Positions 1 through 9,748 of a stretch of DNA of 64,000 bases are shown here, in pieces. The stretch spans positions 1 through 64,000 of IMG/VR virus record IMGVR_UViG_2921119228_000004, one strand, 5' to 3'. This stretch comes from a virus (Duplodnaviria > Caudoviricetes). Every line of letters begins with the position of its first letter. The first letter of the stretch is position 1. The position numbers and the translations under genes are program-made. The notes below the pieces were generated by a model, which saw only the letters and a list, made by a program, of their open reading frames with translations, was not told the origin of the DNA and did no database searches.

Positions 1-999
1 ATGAACAAGAATATGAATGAGAAAAGGGAATATATCGAATACTATCCGATTGCGGAAATAAACGGAATCAAATTCCATAAAGAATCGGACATGCTAAAAT
101 GGTATAAGGAAAATATAGGGTTTGGTATAATAGAGTGTGAGATGATAATGGAAGAATACCAGATAAACAACAGCTTTGATACACACGTATTAGGAGGATG
201 TTATAACTCTATACCGTACTTTCTCCGGATGCAAGAGCGACGAGAAGGCCGTGTAAGCTGGTTCGAAGGATCGTTAAATAAACATGCCTCCGTTTTAGTA
301 GAAGGGAATTACGAAGAGCTATGCCCCAAGGTGGCTTGGGGAAGTCTTGCGTATATTGCTTCCCATACAAGACTTGATAACGAACAAAGAATACGTATCC
401 TTCCGGGTAATAAACACATAGAAGATGTCTTTTCTTCATATTTAACCTTATGCAAAAATATTTATAGAGCGATAAACCAAGATGACTATGATTATTGCCA
501 AGAGACTAGAGATAAGAAAGGTATAGATTCTTTAGACCAAACATTTTACGAGCAACATCTACAACAAGAAGAAAGCCTCATCACACGCACATTATCAACT
601 ATCATCCCAACATTGGGTAAGAACATTGACGAGGCTATATTTGACGGGAATTTACATAGATTGGCTAAAGAATACATTAAATGGGTGAATGAAACAATTA
701 ACGCACGCAATATCAAATGCTCAAAGGGGAAAAACATATCTTTTCGTGCAATAATACAGTATAAAGACCCTGATGCCCTTCTGGAAAGATTGCATCAATT
801 AATTGATGGTAGAAGAGGCGCAGATGTAGGGTCTGTTATTCAGAAGGCCAAGATGGATGGATATTTGTCACGATACCCTAAAAAAGCTGAATTTATATCC
901 GAATTCGAATTACTTGGTACATGGCAAGGGATAAATAATTACTTTAACGAGAATGACAATAAATGCCTCGGAAGGTCTGCCGATGTGATGTTATTATAA
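1..999 (+). CDS. Hypothetical protein (position equivalent to the gene between integrase and excisionase)
   Basis: 332-aa ORF starting at base 1; synteny with 21565..22833 in element B; true start could be off-window. Confidence 0.7.
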   Translation: MNKNMNEKREYIEYYPIAEINGIKFHKESDMLKWYKENIGFGIIECEMIMEEYQINNSFDTHVLGGCYNSIPYFLRMQERREGRVSWFEGSLNKHASVLVEGNYEELCPKVAWGSLAYIASHTRLDNEQRIRILPGNKHIEDVFSSYLTLCKNIYRAINQDDYDYCQETRDKKGIDSLDQTFYEQHLQQEESLITRTLSTIIPTLGKNIDEAIFDGNLHRLAKEYIKWVNETINARNIKCSKGKNISFRAIIQYKDPDALLERLHQLIDGRRGADVGSVIQKAKMDGYLSRYPKKAEFISEFELLGTWQGINNYFNENDNKCLGRSADVMLL

Positions 1000-1204
1000 T
1001 CAAGAACACCCATTTTAGTTGATATAGGTTGATGTGGATTGATAACAATCTGTATCAACCTTATTTTTTATAAGCATAATTTCAATGTCAATACTTTTAC
1101 AACATCCAAAGGGGATGAAGCTGCATCCCTGCTTGATGGAGCGGTAAATCACCACCCGACAGCAAGGCGAAGTGAAGCCGCATAATGTTCTAAAAAGAAT
1201 AAAT

Positions 1205-1486
1205 ATGAACATTACGCAGATATTAGAGAGTGGCGCAAATGTATCATTCACGATTAACGCACTTGATTTAAAAGAATGGATGTTAGAGCTAGTTGAGGAA
1301 CAAAGAAATAGATCTACACAACCGGCAAAAGAAAGATTACTTTCTCCAAAAGAAGCATCTGGTAAATTACACGTTGACTTGTCAACTCTTTGGAGGTGGG
1401 ATAAGGCTGGATATCTAAAGAAAGTCAAATTAGGGAATAAGGCCTACTATCGCATGTCGGACATTAACAAATTGATGGAGGGATGA
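1205..1486 (+). CDS. Helix-turn-helix excisionase-like DNA-binding protein
   Basis: LLSPKEASGKLHVDLSTLWRWDKAGYLKKVKLGNKAYY, a MerR-like/HTH_17 pattern; start moved to MNITQ. Confidence 0.8.
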   Translation: MNITQILESGANVSFTINALDLKEWMLELVEEQRNRSTQPAKERLLSPKEASGKLHVDLSTLWRWDKAGYLKKVKLGNKAYYRMSDINKLMEG

Positions 1487-1489
1487 GGC

Positions 1490-1822
1490 ATGACGAAAAA
1501 AAAGGAAGCGGCCGCAGCCGCAATCCCCGAAACACACCGCAAATCTACGGGAAAAGCCAATCAAAAGCAAATGGTTTATGATTCTTTTTTCGAGAGACCC
1601 AAAACCATGTTCGAGGTGGAGCGGGACACGCATGTAGTGCGCCCTAACGTTTGCCGTTACGTGGGGATGATGAGGGAGGACGGGGATATCCGTATCGTCC
1701 GGAAAGGACATTGCCCGGTAAGCGGATGGATAGCGGGGTTCTATACCACCAATCCAAGGTTCATGCCGGACAAGGATCAACTAAGGATTGATTTTAAAGA
1801 ATATGACAGGGAGAGAAAATAA
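1490..1822 (+). CDS. Hypothetical protein, possible winged-helix
   Basis: 110-aa ORF tightly coupled to the excisionase gene. Confidence 0.65.
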   Translation: MTKKKEAAAAAIPETHRKSTGKANQKQMVYDSFFERPKTMFEVERDTHVVRPNVCRYVGMMREDGDIRIVRKGHCPVSGWIAGFYTTNPRFMPDKDQLRIDFKEYDRERK

Positions 1823-1889
1823 CGGTGTATAATCTCGATTGCCTACGCAATGACCATGACCGAAGGCGAGCGAGTAAAACAATCATGAA

Positions 1890-2486
1890 ATGAGAGACAG
1901 TTTTATTTTTTATAGAAGTTTCCAAGAGGCTATAAACGAGGCATCCGAGAGCGAGCAGCTATCTATTTACCGGGCTATATCCGGTTATGCCCTAAACAGG
2001 GAAGAACCTAAATTATCCGGCGTAGCCAAGTTAGCATGGTTGCTTATAAAACCGCAATTAGACGCTAATTGGAAACGGTTTGAGAACGGGTGTTTAGGAG
2101 GTGCGCCATCCGATAGCCTTAAAGGTAATCAGAACGCACGAAAACGAACCAAAAACGAAGCTAATGTAAATGTAAATGATAATGTAAATAATAATATTGG
2201 CGAATCTAACGATTCACCGACATCATCTTTCGAGGTTGTTTGGTCATTATACGGCAAGAAAGGGAACAAGAAAACAAGCGAAAAGAAATGGTCTAAACTA
2301 ACCGCCGCCAAAAAGTCCAAGGCCATAGCCTATATTCCCGCTTATGTCAACGCCACGCCGGACAAGCAATATCGCAAGAATTTCGAGACGTTCATCAACC
2401 AAGAATGTTGGAATGACGAGTTGCCGGATGTCAAACAAACCAATAAACAGACAAGCAATGAGACAACAAACAGAAATTTCGTGTAA
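1890..2486 (+). CDS. Phage-type replication initiator-like protein (DUF6291-like N-terminus)
   Basis: MRDSFIFYRSF N-terminus, Asn-rich linker, C-terminal W..Y.KK...YRKNFETFINQECW; directly upstream of DnaB. Confidence 0.65.
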   Translation: MRDSFIFYRSFQEAINEASESEQLSIYRAISGYALNREEPKLSGVAKLAWLLIKPQLDANWKRFENGCLGGAPSDSLKGNQNARKRTKNEANVNVNDNVNNNIGESNDSPTSSFEVVWSLYGKKGNKKTSEKKWSKLTAAKKSKAIAYIPAYVNATPDKQYRKNFETFINQECWNDELPDVKQTNKQTSNETTNRNFV

Positions 2487-2490
2487 GCCC

Positions 2491-3812
2491 ATGCCTCATA
2501 GCGTGGAGACGGAAAAGGCCGTCATAGGCGCCTTACTGGTGGAAAGCAACGCAATTGAGGATGTCGTGGGCATATTGAACCCCGATATTTTCTATGAGGA
2601 ATCATTGGGAAAGATATACGCCGTCATAGCCAAGCTATACGAAGAGAACACAAGAATCGATCTCGTCACGGTGTATAAAGCGTTATGCGAGTCCGGAGAC
2701 CTTGAAAAGGTGGGCGGGGCGTTGGCGTTATCCGAGCTATCCGGGAACATGGCCTCATCATCGAACATACAGGAGCATAGCCAATATCTTCACCAGCTAT
2801 GGTTGGCCAGATCGCTAGCGAAAGCCGGCATGGAGATCACGGCAAAGGCTACCGATCCGTCCTACGATATCGACGATACCATAACCCTAGCCTTGAAGGA
2901 AGTCGAGGCCATATCCGATAAAACCGCATACGCTTCCCGTATAAGCGATATCTCGTCCGTAACGAGATTTGTATAGAAAATTATCAAAAGCGCAAGGAAC
3001 GGGCTAAAAACGGGCAAATACAGGGTATACGCACGGGACTTACAAAACTGGATAAGATGACAGGAGGATGGAAACCGGGTCAGCTCATCATATTGGCCGC
3101 ACGTCCGGGAGCCGGAAAGACAAGCCTCCTACTCCATTTCGCCAAGAGCGCAGCCACCGGAGGCACCCCGGTAGCCATATTCTCGTTGGAGATGAATAAC
3201 ACGTCACTGGGAGACCGGTTGATCCAATCCGAATGCAGCATAGACTCCGAGCGTTATAAGCTAGGCAAGTTGACGGAAAGCGAGGAGACCGATGTTTGCG
3301 GGGCCGTGGACAACATCTCATTCCTTCCCATCCACGTGGATGATACGCCGGGTATAAGCGTTCAGCAGATCAAGGCCAAGGCGAGAAACCTCAACAGGCA
3401 AGGCAAGTGCGGTATCGTCCTTATCGATTACCTGCAACTCATAGACATGCGATCCGCCAACAAGGCATACAACCGTGAGCAAGAGGTCAGCCAATGCAGC
3501 CGGGCGGCGAAGATCATGGCCAAGGAGCTAGGGGTGCCGGTTATCCTGTTATCGCAATTATCCCGGAAAGTGGAGGAAAGGGCCGACAAGATGCCCCTCC
3601 TATCCGATCTTAGGGAGTCCGGGGCTATCGAGCAAGACGCAGATATCGTGATGTTCATACATAGACCTGAGTATTACGACAAGAACGCTGAGAAGGGTTA
3701 CGGGGAGTTGAGGATCGCCAAGCAACGGGACGGTGCCACCGGGGACATCCGTTTCAGATATAACGAGAATCTAACTAAAATAAGTGATTATGAGCAACAA
3801 ATGCCATTTTAA
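2491..3812 (+). pseudogene. dnaB: Replicative DNA helicase DnaB, split by a 1-nt frameshift near 2970
   Basis: N-domain MPHSVETEKAVIGALL stops at 2976; the -1 frame continues CIENYQ...TGLTKLDKMTGG, Walker A ARPGAGKT, IDYLQLI, LRESGAIEQDAD. Confidence 0.85.
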
Positions 3813-4278
3813 CGATATGATTCCACGATTGGAGAGGACAACGAGGAAAAGCAAGCCACGGTACGTTAAGCCGGATTGCGTTAAACGTCTGGAGGCCGAT
3901 TATTTCGAATGGAAATACCGTAATAGTACCATTCCCCCGCAATGCCGGGTAAAACCGCATTTCCGGGACGATACGGCGAACGGGCTAGCGAAATGTATAG
4001 AAACATGGGCGAGAATGAACGAAGCGTTTTTCCAACGCCAAAACAGCCAAGGACAATACGATTCCCGCCTTGGACGTTGGCGCAAGTCCGGAACGACCGC
4101 CGGGATCGCCGATGTGCAGGTGACACATGAAGGCCGGGTGTACAATTTTGAGATCAAGATCGGCAAGGATCGCCAATCGGACGTACAGAAAGACGTTGAG
4201 GAGAGATTGCTACGGGCCGGAGGCCATTACGCTATCATTAAGCGTTATGATGACTTTTTAAACAAGATAACAAAATGA
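3784..4278 (+). CDS. PD-(D/E)xK nuclease, VRR-NUC-like
   Basis: GIADV...FEIKIGKDRQS motif. Confidence 0.7.
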   Translation: MIMSNKCHFNDMIPRLERTTRKSKPRYVKPDCVKRLEADYFEWKYRNSTIPPQCRVKPHFRDDTANGLAKCIETWARMNEAFFQRQNSQGQYDSRLGRWRKSGTTAGIADVQVTHEGRVYNFEIKIGKDRQSDVQKDVEERLLRAGGHYAIIKRYDDFLNKITK

Positions 4279-4523
4279 CAAAATTAACTATTGTAAGGGA
4301 GACTGACCAAGAGATAGTGTTCCTTGATTATTTCGAGGATATGCCGGTACATTTTACGAGAAATAAAATGACCGGGCAGATCACGGTGAATGCGGATGAT
4401 ATGGTTCGGGCCATTGGATCCGCCGATTCTTTCGAGGAGTTCCTAGCAACCGACAAGGGGCTGGACTTCATAAACGAGTGGAAGAACGAGCATCCGAATA
4501 CGCCTTTCTTTGGGGGGCTGTAA
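4275..4523 (+). CDS. Small BRO-N-like protein
   Basis: VNADDMVRAIG resembles the BRO-N motif; paralog of 5221..5502. Confidence 0.5.
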   Translation: MTKLTIVRETDQEIVFLDYFEDMPVHFTRNKMTGQITVNADDMVRAIGSADSFEEFLATDKGLDFINEWKNEHPNTPFFGGL

Positions 4524-4561
4524 TAAAGAAGAGTATTGATTAACATTTAAAATCATTCATT

Positions 4562-4924
4562 ATGGACAATAATTTTTATAAGATCGAAAACGAGGAAGGA
4601 CTTAGCTTCTCAATTCAAAAGGTACTTCCTGAATCAATGGACAAGGACGGAAGGCATGATCCAGATATGCAACTCGTGTTTCTCGTTGAGGGAATATCCC
4701 GAAGAGACCTGACGAAAGACGGCGATCTAGTATTGACAATGGGTAAGGCAGAGGCGTTCTGCTTAGCGGTGAAAATAATGTCATTATGCGACAACGAGCT
4801 GTGTTACGTGATGGACGGCAAACTCATCAGGCTTAGTTGCGGTATAGACAAAGTGGAAATAAAAATCGGGGGAATATTAAGGTCCCTTGCAAACAACAAG
4901 GAAAAAACAAGGGAGGAGGAATGA
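4562..4924 (+). CDS. Hypothetical protein
   Basis: 120-aa ORF inside the co-oriented operon. Confidence 0.6.
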   Translation: MDNNFYKIENEEGLSFSIQKVLPESMDKDGRHDPDMQLVFLVEGISRRDLTKDGDLVLTMGKAEAFCLAVKIMSLCDNELCYVMDGKLIRLSCGIDKVEIKIGGILRSLANNKEKTREEE

Positions 4925-4925
4925 T

Positions 4926-5216
4926 ATGGGATTCACCAAAGGCATGAGCGGAAATCCGGCGGGTAGATCGCCGGGTGTTCCCAACAGGACAACCAAGGAT
5001 ATCCGGGAATTCATCGCCAAGCTTATCGGCGATAACATGGGAAGAATACAGGCCGACCTTGACAGCCTAGATCCCAAGGATCGACTGGTCATGATCGAGA
5101 AATTGATGCAGTATTGCGTGCCCAAGATGCAATCCGTGGCGATAGAGGAGACGGAGAAAAAGAACACGGCACTGGAATTGCTTAGGTACACCGCTAGTTA
5201 CAAAAACAAAAATTAA
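4926..5216 (+). CDS. Small-terminase-like protein (DUF5681-type motif)
   Basis: GFTKGMSGNPAGRSPG matches the F.KG.SGNP.GRP motif of many terminase small subunits; start moved to MGFTK. Confidence 0.6.
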   Translation: MGFTKGMSGNPAGRSPGVPNRTTKDIREFIAKLIGDNMGRIQADLDSLDPKDRLVMIEKLMQYCVPKMQSVAIEETEKKNTALELLRYTASYKNKN

Positions 5217-5220
5217 TGGC

Positions 5221-5502
5221 ATGGAAATTAGGATGAAAGAGATAGAATGTCTCGACAATTACCCCACAAGATACTTCGTCGATGAGGAAGGAAGGGTATG
5301 GTACAACGCAAATGATTGCGCAAGAGCCAAGGGTTTCGTTGACCTTGAAGACCTATTAGGCTCGGATTTAGGCTTGGATCTCATCCTTGAGTGGAATAAG
5401 CTATATCCCGCCTATCCCTTTTTCGGAGGTTTTTTGAGATATGTCAATGAAGGGAACGAACAGGTTCCATATTTCGTACAATATAAAAATCAAATAAAAT
5501 AA
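5221..5502 (+). CDS. Small BRO-N-like protein
   Basis: VWYNANDCARAKGF motif; shares GLD.I.EW....P..PFFGG with 4275..4523. Confidence 0.55.
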   Translation: MEIRMKEIECLDNYPTRYFVDEEGRVWYNANDCARAKGFVDLEDLLGSDLGLDLILEWNKLYPAYPFFGGFLRYVNEGNEQVPYFVQYKNQIK

Positions 5503-5505
5503 GCC

Positions 5506-7092
5506 ATGTTGACATTAGAGGAAAGATATAATAGGAAAAGGACTCCGATCGTATCAAGGCCGGAGTTGGCTACGGCACCTTTGGTTGAGCCGGAGGTGGC
5601 CGGAAGCCAGAACCCGGTAGCGGAGAAAGTAGTCGCACCGGTAACACCAGTTAATTACTCACAAGGGATGGATAGTGTCCCACCGATAGGTGATTCCGGC
5701 AAAGAAGGAGATACCCCGCCTAAATTGAGTGACTTTCACTTTTTCAAGGATTTCACGGATAAATATTCCGAAACTCCCATTACTCAGGAAGAAGAGGAAA
5801 AAAGAAAACGTGCCGCATCTGCTGTTACCGGTATTGGACATATCGGCAATGTGCTATCCTCGTTAAGCAATATCCTATTCGCAGGAGAAGCCCCTTCCCA
5901 AAAGATACCTACGGTAGCAGATCCCGGTATTCAGAGATTCGAGGATCGGATAGCCGACAAAAGACGGCAATACGCCGTAGATAACATGAGGGCCGCCAAC
6001 ATGGACTATAATCGATTCATGGATGCGTATAATCAATATTGGTCTCAAAAAGACAGGGATATGGCTAATAAAAAGTACCAAGATAACCAAGATTGGCAAC
6101 AAAGACAATTTGATTTCCAACGAGAGCAGGCAAAAGCCACACAGGAACGATGGCAAAAACAATTCGATGCCAATAACAGGCAATGGTGGGCCTCTTACAA
6201 TTTGAGCAAGAATAGAATAGGAAACCAACAAGTGGACACACAAAAAGACAAGGAAAACATATCCACTTGGTACGGGGCTAACGGCAGGATATTCAATATC
6301 CCTAAAAGCAAGGAAATAGGGATATCAAACTTCTTACTACAAAGGATGAGGCAGATAGCCAACGCAAAACCTATAGGTGAACGGTCAAGAACGGATCAAG
6401 CGTTATTATACGGCGATGTCAATAGCGCCGACCTTCGCAACATAGTCATGCAAAATCTACCTAACTATCCGGAGCTTTATGATGAGATAGACAAGCTGGC
6501 CGGCACGTCTCTACAATACATGCCTTCTGCATCTACCGAAAATGCCACCACTCCTTACGCACATCCTTATAGCGGGGACTTGAACGCCAAATTAATCGGT
6601 TGGGGCGTAACGCCACCTAGCAAAAATGCCCGAAAGATGGAAACGCCCATGGACAACGGCAGGAAAGAGACAGAAGTCGAGAATTATGTCCCGCAAGGAA
6701 AAGCCAACAATACGGACGGAGAGAAATTCAAATTCTTGGAGGAAAAGCCAAATGAGGATATCCCGCCATCGAACAAGTACGAGCGTTTCCTTTTCGAGAA
6801 GAGAAAGGAGGAGGAAAAGGAACGTAGGGAGAAAGAGCTATGGGTAAAGAGGGTACGAGATTATAGATTGAAGGATGAGCAATCACTCCATGATCGTATA
6901 TCCGAACTCGAGTCACAAATGGTCAAAGAGATCGACCCGGAGAAGTTCATCAAGGAAAATGGTCTGGGCACAATGGACTCGGCGAGAATCCGCATGATGG
7001 CCAATGAAGACAGAACCGCCAACGCAAGACTAAGACGTGAGATCGATAGATTATACAAGGAAATCCATAAGAAGTACCCATATCAACCTTAA
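5506..7092 (+). CDS. 528-aa hypothetical protein, possibly internal-virion/ejection-like
   Basis: Long ORF; Gly/Ala hydrophobic segment AVTGIGHIGNVLSSLSNILF followed by Q/R/W-rich helical region. Confidence 0.6.
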   Translation: MLTLEERYNRKRTPIVSRPELATAPLVEPEVAGSQNPVAEKVVAPVTPVNYSQGMDSVPPIGDSGKEGDTPPKLSDFHFFKDFTDKYSETPITQEEEEKRKRAASAVTGIGHIGNVLSSLSNILFAGEAPSQKIPTVADPGIQRFEDRIADKRRQYAVDNMRAANMDYNRFMDAYNQYWSQKDRDMANKKYQDNQDWQQRQFDFQREQAKATQERWQKQFDANNRQWWASYNLSKNRIGNQQVDTQKDKENISTWYGANGRIFNIPKSKEIGISNFLLQRMRQIANAKPIGERSRTDQALLYGDVNSADLRNIVMQNLPNYPELYDEIDKLAGTSLQYMPSASTENATTPYAHPYSGDLNAKLIGWGVTPPSKNARKMETPMDNGRKETEVENYVPQGKANNTDGEKFKFLEEKPNEDIPPSNKYERFLFEKRKEEEKERREKELWVKRVRDYRLKDEQSLHDRISELESQMVKEIDPEKFIKENGLGTMDSARIRMMANEDRTANARLRREIDRLYKEIHKKYPYQP

Positions 7093-7113
7093 TAGGGAGA
7101 ATCTTACCTATTT

Positions 7114-7146
7114 AGGGGCTGTATCAAAACGAGACGAACAGCCCCT
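7114..7146 (+). terminator. Hairpin, probable terminator between convergent operons
   Basis: AGGGGCTGT / ACAGCCCCT 9-bp stem just after the 5506..7092 stop. Confidence 0.45.
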
Positions 7147-7292
7147 TTATAAAGATCATGTGTGCTTCTGCCTTTAACCTTTGTAATCTACAGATTTTCA
7201 CCTATGAGCATATTTGCTCATTGCTGAGAATCAATCCATTTAGTTACTGGGCCGAATTTTTCGCTTAGCGAGCATAAAGATTTAATCATTTG

Positions 7293-7344
7293 AAATACCC
7301 CTATTTTAGGGTATTTATGGGGTGGATAGTAGTAACCCCATAAA
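7293..7344. repeat. Two abutting inverted repeats
   Basis: AAATACCC/GGGTATTT (7293-7316) and TTTATGGGGT/ACCCCATAAA (7314-7344). Confidence 0.75.
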
Positions 7345-7434
7345 ACTGTAATAGAAAGGAGTGTTCAATAAGGCATCCATTCAACGTTTTATTTCAAATA
7401 ATCATAATGTTTCCTTAATCATTACAACATATCT

Positions 7435-7734
7435 CTAAAAATAATCCTGCTGGTTCTCAGCCGCTTTCAGTAGCTCGTTCATCATGTACTCTACCATCTG
7501 AGGCCGCTGGAAGGCCCTTACCTTTCCTTGTTCCCTCCACCTCTCCACGTTAGCCCTGCCGAATCTCTGGAAAGCCTTGTTTTGCGATACGTAAACCATA
7601 GGCTCCTCCTTTATCTTGTGCGCCTCCAAGAATCTTAAATAATGGAGTTGGGCAGGTGTTATATCTACCAACATATTAATTCTTCCAACTTTATTCATAA
7701 TATTCAACAAATCTAAGGTGATATTCAGCCGCAC
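7435..7734 (-). CDS. Hypothetical small DNA-binding-like protein
   Basis: 99-aa ORF; VSQNKAFQRFGRANVERWREQGKV is winged-HTH-like. Confidence 0.55.
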   Translation of the reverse strand: MRLNITLDLLNIMNKVGRINMLVDITPAQLHYLRFLEAHKIKEEPMVYVSQNKAFQRFGRANVERWREQGKVRAFQRPQMVEYMMNELLKAAENQQDYF

Positions 7735-7818
7735 GATTTATGTTATTTGATAAAACCGACCTTAGGCCTTTCGCTTCGTTATGTCATCACAAATTGCGAT
7801 GAGATACCTTATGACTTT

Positions 7819-8376
7819 TTACTCAAACTCATAACCCTCATAGTAATACGACTGATTGATACCCTTAAATATCACTTCACGGTCATTGACACGGTCAGTC
7901 AATGTTTGACGCAACAGCGTACGCAACTCCAGATCGTTTATTGGGCTTCTTTCCATCGCTTGTAAATACATAACCTTATCTACGTTTTGCCAATCAATAA
8001 CAACGGAAAGACGTTTTTTTAGGATCATATCAAGCCAAATGCGGGTAGATCGCCCGTTACCTTCCATAAACGGGTGTGCAACGTTCATTTCAACGTATTT
8101 CGCTATAATTTCGTCAAATGTCGTTTCTGGCATGTTCTCTATCACTGGCAATATGGCATCAAGGTATAAACAGTTGGCAAAGCGGAAATTCCCCTTTGAT
8201 ATGTTGAGTTTTCTCACCTTTCCGGCAAACTCATACAGGCCGTCGAAAAGATAACGGTGTATGTCGCATAAGCCCTTCACGGTTCCCACCTCGATAAGAT
8301 CTATATCGCCGGTGTCAAACAAGGCGTGAGCCTTTACAAGGCTTAATCTGTCTATTTCTTTCGTGTTCATATTCAT
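7819..8376 (-). CDS. fic: Fic family protein (class III-like, autoinhibited)
   Basis: [12 protein letters not shown] Fic motif; C-terminal SYYYEG inhibitory (S/T)xxxE(G/N) motif. Confidence 0.85.
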   Translation of the reverse strand: MNMNTKEIDRLSLVKAHALFDTGDIDLIEVGTVKGLCDIHRYLFDGLYEFAGKVRKLNISKGNFRFANCLYLDAILPVIENMPETTFDEIIAKYVEMNVAHPFMEGNGRSTRIWLDMILKKRLSVVIDWQNVDKVMYLQAMERSPINDLELRTLLRQTLTDRVNDREVIFKGINQSYYYEGYEFE

Positions 8377-8455
8377 TCTTTCTTAATTTACGTCCACCTT
8401 CATCGGTACAGACTTCTGGCTATCTTCGTTTTGAACTACCAAACTCCTACCTTTT

Positions 8456-9334
8456 TTATTCTATTGATCCAATATCATTTTTTGAAGATAATTTTCTAAA
8501 ACGATTTTCTGCATTATTACGGTCTAAAGATTGAAGTTGTTCTTTTGCCATTTTATGCAGTACACTAAATCTAATATTACGTGGAACATTGTTTTTTATC
8601 ATCTCAGAATTATAAGATTCCATATTGGATAAAACAATAAGTTGATTGATAGATGCAGTATCTCTCATATTCAATTTTTTAGATAATTCGGGATTTGCCT
8701 CTTCCCAGTCCTTTGCCGTATATCCAAATAAGGCGAGATTCAACATATCGGCCTCATTAGCATATACAATGTATTCCTTTGTCTTCGATATAGATAAATG
8801 GGGAATGATGTTTTCTTTAATCGCATCAGTATGAAGTTGATAATTTGTCTTTGATAATATACGTTTAACATCCCATTGCTGTATCAGAGGATTGCTTTCT
8901 TCCTCCTTCAGACGTTGGTATTCTTTCACAATGTATAGCTGAAACGTAGGGCTTAGCCACATCCCGAAGTTAAAAGCGATGTCTTTATGCGCAAAGGTCC
9001 CACCATAACGACCAGCTTTAGATGTAATGCCTATTGCGTCAGTCTTTTCAACCCATTGTTTAGGTGTAAGACTGAATGAATTAGAGCCAGCTTCGTTTTT
9101 AAAGGCATCGAATTCGATGCTTTTAAAATTTGGATTATTTATTTGCTCCCATACTCCTAGATATTCAATAGTACTACGTGAGCGCATCCAGTTTTGGATA
9201 ATATAGTTGGTTCGTTCTGTATCTTTGTAACGAGCCATGTCTGTAAGACAGATATAATCATTTTCATTAGCTTGTAGCATTACTGATATTTCAGTTTCAT
9301 TCGCTACGATTTTCTTCATTGCAGCCATACTCAT
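8456..9334 (-). CDS. KilA-N domain DNA-binding protein
   Basis: YICLTDMARY...IQNWMR...GRYGGTFAHKDIAFNFGMWLSP. Confidence 0.85.
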   Translation of the reverse strand: MSMAAMKKIVANETEISVMLQANENDYICLTDMARYKDTERTNYIIQNWMRSRSTIEYLGVWEQINNPNFKSIEFDAFKNEAGSNSFSLTPKQWVEKTDAIGITSKAGRYGGTFAHKDIAFNFGMWLSPTFQLYIVKEYQRLKEEESNPLIQQWDVKRILSKTNYQLHTDAIKENIIPHLSISKTKEYIVYANEADMLNLALFGYTAKDWEEANPELSKKLNMRDTASINQLIVLSNMESYNSEMIKNNVPRNIRFSVLHKMAKEQLQSLDRNNAENRFRKLSSKNDIGSIE

Positions 9335-9579
9335 TCAACTTTGATATTGATATCCTTACCGCAGTGGGGGCACGTGAGAGTTAAAGCGTCTTTCTTCGGT
9401 TGCTCGAATAGTTCTGTAACCGGGCATCCTATTGCGTCCGCTATTTTATTTAAAGTTTCCACTGTAGGGTTTCCATTTACCATATTTGATAAATTCACTC
9501 TATTAATTCCCATCTTATCGGCAAGCTCTGTTATAGTCATACCTTTTTCTTTGATAACTTCTTTTATTCTTAAATCCAT
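9331..9579 (-). CDS. XRE-family HTH repressor with C-terminal Zn ribbon
   Basis: MDLRIKEVIKEKGMTITELADKMGINRVNLSNMVNGNP and CPHCGK; start moved to 9579. Confidence 0.85.
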   Translation of the reverse strand: MDLRIKEVIKEKGMTITELADKMGINRVNLSNMVNGNPTVETLNKIADAIGCPVTELFEQPKKDALTLTCPHCGKDINIKVE

Positions 9580-9581
9580 AC

Positions 9582-9743
9582 TGTAATGCTTTAGTTTTCG
9601 ATACAAATATACGGATAAAAGTTGTTTGTAATGCCATATGGGTACATTTATTTGTTAAAGTAGTGTTAAATACTACTTTTTATTTTGCAAATTGTACCGT
9701 TTTATACTACATTTGCGACACGATCGAAAATTAAAACATTACA
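9582..9743. promoter_or_regulatory. Divergent promoter region of element A
   Basis: Rightward TTTG (9684-9687) plus TACATTTG (9708-9715), 20-nt spacing; leftward TATATTTG (9604-9611); 19/21 inverted repeat 9582-9602/9723-9743; palindrome AAAGTAGT-N7-ACTACTTT 9657-9679. Confidence 0.7.
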
Positions 9744-9748
9744 AAGCT

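Noticed and set aside
2960-2985. Programmed frameshift in dnaB
   Set aside because: No X XXY YYZ heptamer or repeat tract at the junction
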